Positions 10,057 to 20,574 of a DNA stretch of 26,063 nt are shown here, piece after piece (within the stretch, counting starts at the first letter, position 1; the number at the start of each line of letters is the position of its first letter). The notes beneath the pieces are model-generated. The model was not told the origin of the DNA and made no database searches. It worked only from the letters and a program-made list of their open reading frames with translations. A program made the position numbers and the translations under genes. Source of the stretch: Octopus sinensis (Eukaryota); contig NW_021836047.1 of the NCBI RefSeq assembly GCF_006345805.1, forward strand, positions 1 through 26,063, read 5' to 3'.

Positions 10057-10362
10057 GAGGCACAATGACTCAGTGGTTAGGACAGTGGACTTGCAGTCGG
10101 AGGATCGTGATTTCGATTCCCAGACCGGGCGTTGTGTGTGCTTATTGAGCGAAAACACCTAAAAGATTCACGAGGCTCAGATAGGGGTAGGTGGCGACCC
10201 CTGTTGTACTCTTTCACTACAACTTTCTCTCACTCTCTCTTCCTGCTTCTTGAGTAACGCTGTAATGGACTGGCGTCCTGTTCAGCTGGGGGGAACACAT
10301 ACGCCATAGAAACCGAGAAACCGGGCCCATGAGCCTGGCTAGGCTTGAAAAGGCGATGTTAC
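10056..10362 (+). mobile_element. tRNA-headed SINE, family D (V-domain-like core)
   Basis: tRNA-like head GGAGGCACAATGACTCAGTGGTTAG...TTCGATTCCC and core TGTAATGGACTGGCGTCCTGTTCAGCTGGGG resembling the V-SINE domain. A second copy is at 21732. Confidence 0.8.
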
Positions 10363-10690
10363 TTATATATATATATATATACATACTTCTATCTTGTTGA
10401 GCAGTACATCCTTGTTTATGGTATATAACTGGTTAGCAAGTTTACCATTGGTTCCATGTCTACTGTTACACCTGGCAATAAGCTCGACTCATTAGACTTA
10501 CTAGCTGGAAGCATAGAACTGCCTTACTGAGGTTAATTAATATACAGCCTTGACCAGTTTGGTGATGAAAAACCCTTTTTTGAGGGGCAGGGAAAAGTTG
10601 CTTCCCCTTGTATGATTCCAGCTGTCACTGAAGTAGGAGAGCTGTGCCTGCATATGTTATCCCCTTTATCTAGTCTGCAAACAGAGAAGA

Positions 10691-11260
10691 CTATGTTTCC
10701 AAAACGAATTTTTTATCATAAGGGCAATGGCTAAAAGTTTTACATTTTGACTTCAAACAGGAACCTGGATTGTGCAAAGTTTTTTTGATCATTGTCGTTT
10801 TAGCTAAGTTTTCATCATCTGCTCCCATTAAGATATTGTCCTGAGTGTTCTAGTAGCTTCCAGTAAATCTTCTATGTTGTTCTCTCCTTTTTTAATCACT
10901 ATATATGACTGGTTAATGATGTAACGTTATGCTTCTTGAGGATCCTAAAATAGAACCTGGCTTTAAATGGGCCATCCATTGCTCCAATATATTTGTGTGT
11001 GCGTGTCTTTCATTGCTGCTGTTGCTGCCACTATAGCTGGACACTGTCTTCCTTGTAGACCATGGTCTCAGTGTTGCATTGACCATTTACTAAGCACTCA
11101 CTACAAATCCTACAAGAGCATTCTGCCTCTGTGTGGGGTTTGGGGTTGTTCATGAATGTCTTTTCTTATATTAGGTGCACAATTGAACGAGGCCTTTAAG
11201 ATATGTCTTGTGGACAATCTCTTATATGTCGATGTAATTAGAAGAGCTCTTATATGTCGA
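10691..11260 (-). pseudogene. Penelope-like element relic: Cys-rich linker plus GIY-YIG endonuclease C-terminus, with stops and frameshifts
   Basis: Manual minus-strand translation gives ILKASFNCAPNIRK / ECSCRICSECLVNGQCNTETMVYK / KYIGAMDGPFKARFY / TSLTSHI / IYWKLLEHSGQYLNGSR / FSHCPYDKKFVL*. This parallels PLE ends (SYSCMPN, CNCR..CPL.G.C, VYKA, YIG...FK.R, LS.HIW, I.WKIL, KCRH..KF.L). Confidence 0.8.
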
Positions 11261-11273
11261 TGTAATTAGAAGA
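11219..11273. repeat. 27-bp exact tandem duplication (period 28)
   Basis: CTCTTATATGTCGATGTAATTAGAAGA occurs at 11219-11245 and 11247-11273. Confidence 0.95.
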
Positions 11274-11439
11274 ATAGGAGAAAGGCAATTCCAAATAACA
11301 TTAATTTTGATTCAGAGCATAACAACTACTCTAACCCATGCTCATGTGGAAAAATGGGTGTAAAATGACGATGGTAACAAGACTGAGGATATATAAGTAG
11401 ATATAAAAAAAGTGTAGATAGTAACGATTGCTGTTGTTG

Positions 11440-11475
11440 TTGATGATGACGAAGACGATGATGATGATGATGATG

Positions 11476-11530
<55 letters not shown>

Positions 11531-11535
11531 CGACG
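11440..11535. repeat. (GAT)n microsatellite
   Basis: Directly visible. Confidence 0.95.
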
Positions 11536-11554
11536 ATTACAACATCAATGTTGG

Positions 11555-11740
11555 TGATCATCAACATTTAACGTCCGTTTTCTATGCTGGCATGGGTTAG
11601 ATGGTTCGACAAGAAATGGCAAAGACAGAAGCTGCTCCAGGTTCCATAGCCTGTTTTAACATGGTTTCTATGGCTGGATCCGCTTCCAAGTGCCAACCAC
11701 TTCACAAAGCGTACTGTGTGCATTTTACACGCCACCAACA
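11555..11740 (-). mobile_element. Degenerate family C 3' end
   Basis: Plus strand CATTTAACGTCCGTTTTCTATGCTGGCATGGGTT is the reverse complement of the family C terminus; GTGCATTTTACACGCCACC is one internal unit. Confidence 0.7.
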
Positions 11741-11859
11741 CCTGTATTTTTTACCTGAGACCAGCACCAACACCAATGCCTTTTTTCATGTGGAACCTTG
11801 GTTTTAGGATCTCAATTCTGTTTTGGAGGATGGGTCTTCTTGTGTACAGCAATGCACCA

Positions 11860-12294
11860 CATATTTCGATGATTATGATGATGATGATGAAAATAATGAT
11901 GAAAATGGCAATGAGGACAACAAGGATAAGAATGAGGTTGATTGAGGATAAGGATGTTGATGGCAAACACAATGGCTATGACAACAGTCATGATAATTAT
12001 GATGATGACGACGACAATGACTACGATGATGATGATGATGGTGATGATGATGATGAGGATGACACTGATGACAAGAGCAACGATGAAGAGGAAGATGATG
12101 ATGATGATGATGATAAGGAGGAGGAGGGGGAGGGGATAAAGATGAGGAGAAGGGGATGATGATGATGATGATGGCGACAATGAATACGATGAAGATGATG
12201 ATGAGGAGGAGTATGGTGATGACACAGCGAAGACAACGACAATGATGACGATAATGATGATGATGAAGATGATGACGATGATGATGATGACGAC

Positions 12295-12386
<92 letters not shown>

Positions 12387-12455
12387 GGATGAGGAGGATG
12401 GTGATGACACAGCGAAGACAACGACAATGATGACGATAATAATGATGAAGATGAA

Positions 12456-12525
<70 letters not shown>

Positions 12526-12552
12526 ATGATGATGATGATTATGATGATGAGC
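11860..12552. repeat. Large cryptic (GAT/GAC/GAG)n field with pure (GAT)n blocks and an internal ~60-bp duplication
   Basis: Directly visible; it explains the poly-D/M/H/S/I ORFs. Confidence 0.95.
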
Positions 12553-13039
12553 ATTTAAAGTAACTTTTGCAGAAAAATAAAACATGAACAAAAAATATAT
12601 ATATAACTGACGAAAAAAAGAAGCAGAAAAAAAATTCTAGTTTTATTTTCCTTCTGTACTGCTGCAAGCACATGAAAAAGCCATATATTCTATGTGATAG
12701 CCATTAATATTAGTTACTTAATCCAAATCTAATTACCAGAAGATGTTTAAGTCAAGTCCACTGAAATTCACTGTAACTTGACTATACAACAACTAACACA
12801 TAAATTGCAATAAAAAAAAAAACACACACACAAAAAACACTGAAAAAATTCACAAATAAATATTTCTCACTTTTTTTCATTTTCATTTTCTTCCATCGTC
12901 TTAAAACCTGTTAATTCTATACGTGTTGTCTGATAGAATTTGATTAATTTTAAAACTCATTAGTATTTAGTATCAGAATACAAGAACGCCATCATATATG
13001 CCGCTTCTTTTAATTTGAGTTTGATAATTTACATCTTTA

Positions 13040-13200
<161 letters not shown>

Positions 13201-13372
13201 ATACATACGTCGTGGTCGAGTTATTTCCTAGGGCGGTGCCCCAGCATGGCCTCAGCCGGATGGCTGAAACAAGTAAAAGAGTAAAAGAGTATACATATAT
13301 ATACATATATATATATGATATACATACATACATACAAACATATATACACATATATTTATATATGTATGTATG

Positions 13373-13766
13373 TATCAGGCTGAGTAAAAAGTAAGCAACG
13401 TTTTGAAATATGAAGAATTTGTACCGGATTTTGGCAGATTTTTGAATTTTTTGAAACCTCTTTTTGCAATTGTCTGATAATACAGACATAGACTTGCCCA
13501 AATGCATCAATAAATTAACATTGATATTTTTTTCACCATTGTTACAATCATCTGAAATGGAACTGACAAAGAGCGATATTTGAGCAATTTTGCTATTCTA
13601 CTTCAAAGGACGTAAAGCAGAGGAAACCGCTCATGATATCAACAAAACATTTGGTGAGGAAATGACCAGCGAGTGGTCAGCTTGAAAAGGGTATAAACGA
13701 TGCTGCAGTGGAAACCTGAGCCTTGAAGATTGTGAGTGTAGTGGATGCTCATCTGTCATCGATGAT
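13373..13766 (+). mobile_element. Mariner (Tc1/mariner) 5' relic: TA + TIR-like end and the N-terminal HTH of the transposase
   Basis: From ATG 13557: MELTKSDI*AILLFYFKGRKAEETAHDINKTFGEEMTSEWSA*KGYKRCCSGNLSLEDCECSGCSSVIDD, matching mariner N-termini (IRAILLYEFK.GRKAAETARNIN..FG....SERT...WF.RF.SG..SLED..RSGRP). The end begins TA|TCAGGCTGAGTAAAAAGT. Confidence 0.85.
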
Positions 13767-13946
13767 CCTTCATGCAAGGTTGAAAGGGATTTTGATTTGA
13801 TATGTCTCTGGTAACAGAACGGTTATTATGTTGGAAGAAAAACATCTTATTTTGTACAATATTATATAATAATTTTGCTATGATGATTCTAATTTATTCT
13901 TTAGTCTAATAAAACAGATCTGTGTCTTTACATCTTATTTCTTTCC

Positions 13947-13982
<36 letters not shown>

Positions 13983-14172
13983 GTGTTGAACAAACTACTG
14001 TTGAATGTTGTTATACACTGCTTGTCAAAACGCACTTCCTTGCACTGTTGTAGATTTCATAAAATGCCACTCTGCTGGCAAGGCATGAATTTCAACAATT
14101 TCCCTTGAATGGAACATGAGTTCCTTGCAGAATTGTTGTCAATCGATGGTGGGAGACAAACTGACACATACT

Positions 14173-14345
14173 CATATAAGACGAGCTTCTTTCTGTTTCC
14201 ATCTAGAAAATCCACTCACAAGGATTTGATTGGCCTGAGGCTTTAGTAGAAGACACTTGCCCAAGGTATCACACAGCTGGAGTGAACCCAGAACCATGTG
14301 GTCAGGAAGCAAGCTTCTTACAACACAGCCACTCCTGCACCTATA
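14173..14345 (-). mobile_element. Family B SINE, 5' half
   Basis: Reverse complement: GGTGCAGGAGTGGCTGTGTTGTAAGAAGCTTGCTTCC...CCACATGGTTCTGGGTTCAC...CCTTGGGCAAGTGTCTTCTAC. Confidence 0.85.
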
Positions 14346-14372
14346 TATATGTATATATATTTATATATAGAT

Positions 14373-15466
14373 CGGAACATTCAAGGAAGTAATTCCTCCA
14401 CACCTCTCCTTCCTCGGAACATTCCAGGAAGTAATTTTTCCTCCTCCTCCTCCCGTTCCCCCTTCCACGGAACTTTCCAGGGAGTAAATTTTCATCCTCC
14501 TCCCCTTCTTTGGAATTCTCCAGGAAGTATTTCTTCCCCATTCTCCCCTCCATCGAAACTTTCCAGGAAGTAATTCTTCCACCCCCTTCCCTTCTTCCCT
14601 TCATCACAACATTCTAGGAACTAATTCTTCCCCCCTCCCCTTCCTCAGAACATTCCAGGTAATAATTCTTCCCCCATCTCCCCTACTTCCCCGCCCATGG
14701 AAATTCCAGTAAGTAAATCTTATCACTCCTCCCTTCTATGGAACTTTCCAGGAAATAATTCTTCCCCCTCCTCCACTTCCTCGGAACATTCCAGAAGTAA
14801 ATCTTACCCTCCTACTCTTCCTCGGAAAATTCCATGATGTATTTCTTCCTCCTCCCACCTTCTTCGGAACTTTCCAGGAAGGGGAGAAGATGGAGAAATT
14901 ACTTTCTGGAAAGTTGCGAGGAAGGAGAGAAGGGGGATGAATTATTTCCTGGAAACTTCCGAAGGAGTAGAATAATTACTTCCCAGAAAGTTCCGAGGAA
15001 GGGGAGATGGGGGATGAATGACTTCCTGGAAAGTTCTGAGGAAGGGGAGAAGGGGGAAAAATTACTTCCTTGAAAGTTTGGAGCATGGGGAGGAAGTGGA
15101 GGAGGGGATTAATTTTTCCCTTGAAAGTTCCGAGGAAGGAGGAGGGGGATAATTACTTCCAGGAATGATCCGAGGAAGCGGAGGAGGGCAAATAATTACT
15201 TCCTGGAAAGTTCTGAGGAAGAGTAGGAAGAGGAGGAGGGGTATGAATTAATTCTGGGAAAGTACCGAGGAAGGGTAGGAAGGGGAATAATTACTTCCTT
15301 GAAAATTCCGGGCAAGGGGAGGAGGGGATGAAATATTTCTTGGAAGTTCCAAGGAACGGGAGGAGAGACAATAATTACTTCCTGGAAAGTTCCGAGACAG
15401 GGGAGAAGGGGAATAATTACTTCCTAAAAAATTCCGAGGAAGGGGAGGAACGGTATTAATTATTAC
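14373..15466. repeat. Inverted (foldback-like) minisatellite with ~40-50 bp units and an axis at about 14880
   Basis: About 12 units of CGGAAC(A/T)TTCCAGGAAGTAATT+pyrimidine run, then about 13 units of the reverse complement (purine run+AATTACTTCCTGGAAAGTTCCG). Confidence 0.92.
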
Positions 15467-15499
15467 AAATAAGATGATATATTTTCAAATGCAGATTCT

Positions 15500-15735
15500 A
15501 TGTATGTGTCTATAAGCCTGTGTTTGCCACCCAACCCCCACTATCCTCCTATCATTGGTTGATGACTGGTGTTGATGTGTTTTCATTCCCATAATTTAGT
15601 GGTTCGTAAAAGAGACTGATAAAATATGTGACAGGCTAAGAAACCTGAAATAAGTAATAAGGTTGGCTCGTTTGACTGAGATTCTTCGAAGCAATGCTCC
15701 AGCATGGCTACAACCTAATAACTAAAGCAAACAAA
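15500..15735 (+). mobile_element. Degenerate family B SINE 3' half
   Basis: GTGTTTG...GGTGTTGATGTGTTT...AAAGAGACTGATAAAAT...ATGCTCCAGCATGGCTACA matches the body and tail of 6960-7150. Confidence 0.65.
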
Positions 15736-15900
15736 TGCTAAAAGTTTGTGTTGTGATGCAATATGGACTACCATTCCTAAGTGGAATGCTTTAAAAATGC
15801 AAAAACATATATATATATATATTACACACACACACAGATATATATGTATATATATATATATATCCCTCTCTCTCTTTCGGAGAGGCACTGAGCAGCTATA

Positions 15901-16066
15901 CTCACACATACACACACGGCAGCAACTTCCACCTACCGAATTCAATCACAAAGCTCCGGTCGGCTCGGGGCTATAGTGGAAGACACCTACCCAAAGTGCC
16001 ACGCAGTAGGACTGAACCCGAAACCATGTAGCTAGGAAGCAAGCTCCCTAACCACACAGCCATGCT
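15901..16066 (-). mobile_element. Family B SINE, 5' half
   Basis: Reverse complement: GCATGGCTGTGTGGTTAGGGAGCTTGCTTCC...CATGGTTTCGGGTTCAGTCCTACTGCGTGGCACTTTGGGTAGGTGTCTTCCACTATAGCC. Confidence 0.85.
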
Positions 16067-16571
16067 AGCAAGGAAAACAGATGTTAATGATACACATATA
16101 CCCATATATACACACTCACACACACAAATGGTTTTCTCAGTGTGATATCCTCTTCCTTTATATAACATTGGAGTGGTCCATCTACTGGTAGCTGAGTAGT
16201 TACAACAACATGCAATTCCTGTATGATAGGAGAGGAGTTAAATGCTATCAAGTTATCAAATAAAGCAGCTGTAAGTACTAATTTCATAGTTTAACTTTTT
16301 CATAGACACTTTAGAGTTATCTGTGAAGCAGTTGTCTACTGTACAGCAAATACATGGCTTCCATAGGCAGTTCTGTTTACTTGTCTGTAAGATTGCCTTT
16401 GCGCATACATAATTGAAATTATTTTGATAAATTAAATTTATATGTTGAAGTGAATCGAATGGCTTTTGTGTGTTTCTTAAATGGCTTATAAACACCTTCC
16501 ACACTGCAATTGTTTTTGTTCCAGCACACGATCTCAGATCAAGTCACTTGCTATGCGAGTACATCTCCATA

Positions 16572-16630
<59 letters not shown>
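16572..16630. repeat. (TA)n microsatellite
   Basis: Directly visible. Confidence 0.97.
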
Positions 16631-16631
<1 letters not shown>

Positions 16632-16849
16632 CTACTATATATTTATGAATAGGGCAGTTGTGCAGGCAAAAGTGTTAGCAAATGTGATCGGATTAACCTG
16701 AAAATTTGCACACCTATGTTAAAAGTGCTGTGGAATTTGCACAGCAATTTTGAGTTTGCTCAGTCGAAAGGCATAGCCCCTAGGGTAAAATTCCTCATCT
16801 TTAAAATGTGGCCTGTGTAGACCCGAATGAAATCGGGTTATAATACTAG
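16631..16849 (+). mobile_element. Compact non-autonomous Helitron-like element (219 bp)
   Basis: 5' A|TCTACTATAT. 3' hairpin ACCCGA-ATGAAA-TCGGGT (16821-16838) lies 7 nt before CTAG (16846-16849). The next base is C rather than the canonical T. Confidence 0.6.
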
Positions 16850-16937
16850 CAATTATATAATTGAACTAATGACTGTTTACAATGCCCAGTACTGTGGTAG
16901 ATGTCTCAAGAAATCATCTTGTGTTGATGACAGATCT

Positions 16938-17570
16938 CTTCTTGTGCTGTAATGGTATTCACCCAGGAGCAGTTAAGCCAGCTCCCACTGCATTCACTGC
17001 ATTATGAGTCAAAGCGGTCCATGCACACCTATCGGTGGCCAATTCTGCAATGTGTTGAAGCCTTTTCTGGTTCTAGCGATGGACACCAAAGACTTGAGAG
17101 CCAGAAACAGGCTACATATTTGCTTTGACTGTCATAAGCCACATCTCCAGCTGATCACTTCTTCACTTGCACCAACCCAGGGAAAGGATCTGGTGCAATC
17201 ACCCTTCAGATGAGTTCATCGTGGGGGTACTACAACAGGTAACCAAACCACCATAGTCTCTTTCATAGAAGAGTTCCCTCAACAGGTGAGAGACTGCAGC
17301 AATGACAAATGCTAAAAGTACCAATACCATCGGATGATATTTCATCAGCAGTGGCTGATGGCATTGTTGTGTCATGTGATTTCTCCATATTTTGGATCCT
17401 CAGTAAGATAATCATAGCTAATTGTAGTGTTATTTGCAGACTTACTTTTGAGAAGTAGATGTTATCCATCACCAGATCAACAGAGCCACCTGGATCTTGG
17501 TTTGTCTTTTGTAGAGTTCACACAGTTGTAGGCATTTGAGGGCCAGGTCTCTGGTTCCAGCATAACTATC
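16938..17570 (-). pseudogene. Degenerate 3' end of an RTE-clade LINE ORF
   Basis: Manual translation across frameshifts gives ETWP; KRLWWFGYLL (cf. RLRWFGHLLR); GWCK*RSDQLEMWLMTVKANM*PVSGSQVFGVHR*NQ...ELATDRCAWTALTHNAVNAVGAGLTAPG*. A CAAG-type tail follows. Confidence 0.7.
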
Positions 17571-18269
17571 TCCCTTTACTACCATTAATCTCATGAACCG
17601 TGTAAAAATATAGGGGTGTAGAGGCTGGCCTTTTCATCTTGAAAGAATAAAATAAAATGAGAAATAACTCAGAAATTCTAATTGATAAAAAAAGAATGTG
17701 AAAGGTGAGATATGCATTGAAGAGGAAGTTTTGTCTTTGAGACATAAGATGACAACTTCAGATATATTTCAGTCTTATAAAGCTTCTTCAACAAAATATA
17801 GTTTGACACATTCTTAGCAGCCATTAAGATAACTGAGAGAATGTACTTTAAAGCAAAATTTAGATACTGATTAGGTAAATTAAAACAATGAATTTATCGC
17901 ATAATTAGCTATTTTATTCTGAGGATAGCAGGAACTATCACTGGTTGACAGCTATGTGTTCAAAAGTCATTATATAAATAACAAAAAGGAATTGGATAAC
18001 AGCTGCAACTGAAGCAATGCCAAAGACATTATTTTGCCTGACATCTTACTAGAAGTTTATTATGCTTTATTTATCCATTTTTTGATAATTTCTATTTGTT
18101 GTTGTTGTGGGGGACTTATGCTCTCCAGAGATAGGTGAACTTGGTAGATTTAGGACCCTTACTCAAATACATAATGTAACTCTTCTTAAAGATTGAAATC
18201 AGTTTCCATCAAAGATATGTATCCCTCAATTCTTCCAGGTACCTATCTATCTCACTTATGTATACTGGC

Positions 18270-18600
18270 TCTGTACATACCCATATACATGCACACACAC
18301 ACATAGACACACATGCATACACATGAACACACACTCACATAAATACACACACATATACAGACACACACACATAAACACACACGCACATAAAAGCACACAC
18401 ATAAACACACACGCACATAAAAGCACACACATAAACACACAAACATGCACACACACACACACACATAAACAGACACACACGTAAACACACAGACTTACAT
18501 AAACACACACACACACACATAAACACACACACACACACATATATACACACACACATAGCCAGACACTCACATAAACCACATACACACCCAACCATACATG
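18270..18600. repeat. Cryptic (CA)n/(CATAAA) repeat
   Basis: Directly visible, with a repeated ACACACGCACATAAAAGC subunit. Confidence 0.9.
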
Positions 18601-18724
18601 CAATCTCCTTTAACATTACTCTTAGTTAATTCCTTCTGTCATTCTTTTCTGACAGTTTCCTTTTGGAAATTGTAGATTATCAGAAACACCAGGAAAAGTG
18701 AATTTATTACTGTTCTGATTATTT

Positions 18725-19575
18725 TTGTTGTTGCTAGTGTTGTTGTGGTTGCTGTTGCTGTTGTTGTAATATTTTTGTCATTGTTGTTGATATTGTAGCT
18801 GTAATTACAATTACTAATATCATTATTACTGTTCTCGTTGTTCTTGCTGTTGTTGTTGCTGTTATAGTTGTTGCTGTTGCTTTTGTTGTCATCATCAATA
18901 TTATTATTATTATCATCATCCTTATCGTTACTACAACTGTTATTGAAGCTGTTGTTTTTGTTGTCATTACTATCATTGTTATTACTACCATAATCATCGC
19001 CATCATCATCTTCATCCTCCTCCTCATCCTCATCATCGTCATCATTATCAGAACTACCATCATCGTCATCATTTTCATCATCATCATCAACGTCAACATC
19101 ATCAACATCACCACCACCACCACCACCATCACCATCATCATTATCATGATGATGATCATCACCACTATTATGATCATCACCACCATCATCATCTCCATTG
19201 TCATTATCATCATCATCATCATCATCATCACCACCATCACCACCACCAGACTCACCAACACCACCACCACCACAACACCACTACCATCATCAGCATCATC
19301 AGTATCACCATCATCATCACCATTACCATTATTACTAGCACCATATTATCACCATCACCACCACCACCACTACCATCATCAGCATCACCACCATCACCAT
19401 CATCATCACCATTACCATTATTACTACCTCATCATCACCACCACCACCACTACCATCATCAGCATCACCACCATCACCATCATCATCATCACCATTACCA
19501 TTATTACTACTTCATCATCATCATCAACATCATCATCATCATCATTATTATAATTATTATTATTGTTATTGTTAT
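18725..19575. repeat. Cryptic trinucleotide gradient (GTT to ATC to ACC to ATT)
   Basis: 3-periodic low-complexity tract with internal ~80-bp duplications. Confidence 0.92.
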
Positions 19576-19996
19576 CATTATTATTGACACCATAGTTGTT
19601 ATTTGATATGCTCTTAATTTTCGTTTTTAAAACTTTTTTGTTTTTGTCAGCATTGTTGTCGTCTTCATCCCATTGTTTTCTTTCTTTCGTTCTTGCTCAA
19701 CATTTTCAATTTGTCACACTACACCAAAAGTGTGCGAGATGATGTTTATGAAACCAGTAATCTTTTTAATGCATTTTGCAAGAATCAGGTGTACATTTAT
19801 AAAGTGTCTTTCCTAGGGATGTGAACAGAGGGAAAAATAAATGGAACAGCTTTTCTCTTATTCACATTCTCCAAAGCTCATATTTTCTCCTCTTGATTTT
19901 CCTTTTATTAATATCGTTATTATTATTATTGTTATCATTGTTGTTGTTGATGTTGTTGTTTTTAATTTTGTTACATCCTTTCAAATTATTTTATAC

Positions 19997-20240
19997 TGTT
20001 GGCACGTAAAAGCACCATCCGTTCATGGCCGTTGCCAGACTCGTCTGGCACTGTGCCGTGGCACGTAAAAGCACCCACTACACTCATGAGTGGTTTGGCG
20101 TTAGGAAGGGCATCCAGCCGTAGAAACATTGCCAGATCAAACTGGGCTGGTGCAGCCTTCTGGCTTCCCAGACCCCAGTTGAACCGTCCAACCCATGCTA
20201 GCATGGAAAGAGGACGCCTAAACATGATGATGATGATGAT
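19997..20240 (+). mobile_element. Family C 3' part (2 internal units, (GAT)n tail)
   Basis: Two GGCACGTAAAAGCACC units, TGGCGTTAGGAAGGGCATCCAGCCGTAGAAAC, and CCAACCCATGCTAGCATGGAAAGAGGACG...ATGATGATG. Confidence 0.88.
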
Positions 20241-20406
20241 GTATGTATATGCATATATATTTATACACACACACACATATGCCTACATATATATATGCAT
20301 ATATTATGTTATATATACATATATATGCTATATAATATGTATTCATATGTATATATGTATAATATATACATATCATATATGCATATATTCATGCATGTAA
20401 TATTTG

Positions 20407-20441
<35 letters not shown>

Positions 20442-20574
20442 TATATATATATTGGAAATGTGAGATCATTCTTGGCACAGTAAAGTATTTGAATATACAT
20501 ATAATATATAATATATAATATAGTATATATATATAGAGAGAGAGAGAGGGAGAGAGAAAGAGAGAGAGAGAGCG

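Noticed and set aside
14373-15466. CRISPR-like repeat-spacer array
   Set aside because: Eukaryotic context, low-complexity related 'spacers', degenerate repeats, an orientation flip and no cas genes.
16084-16504. Minus-strand ORFs and plus-strand GTAAG donors at 16271 and 16386
   Set aside because: The plus exon 16141-16270 has stops in all frames, and the minus frames run into a (TG)n with no recognisable protein.
17446-17637. Minus-strand exon (TTTCAAG|...AAAA|GTAAGT) and a piggyBac-like MDNIYF motif
   Set aside because: All three frames contain stops, and the region is better explained as part of the decayed RTE ORF.
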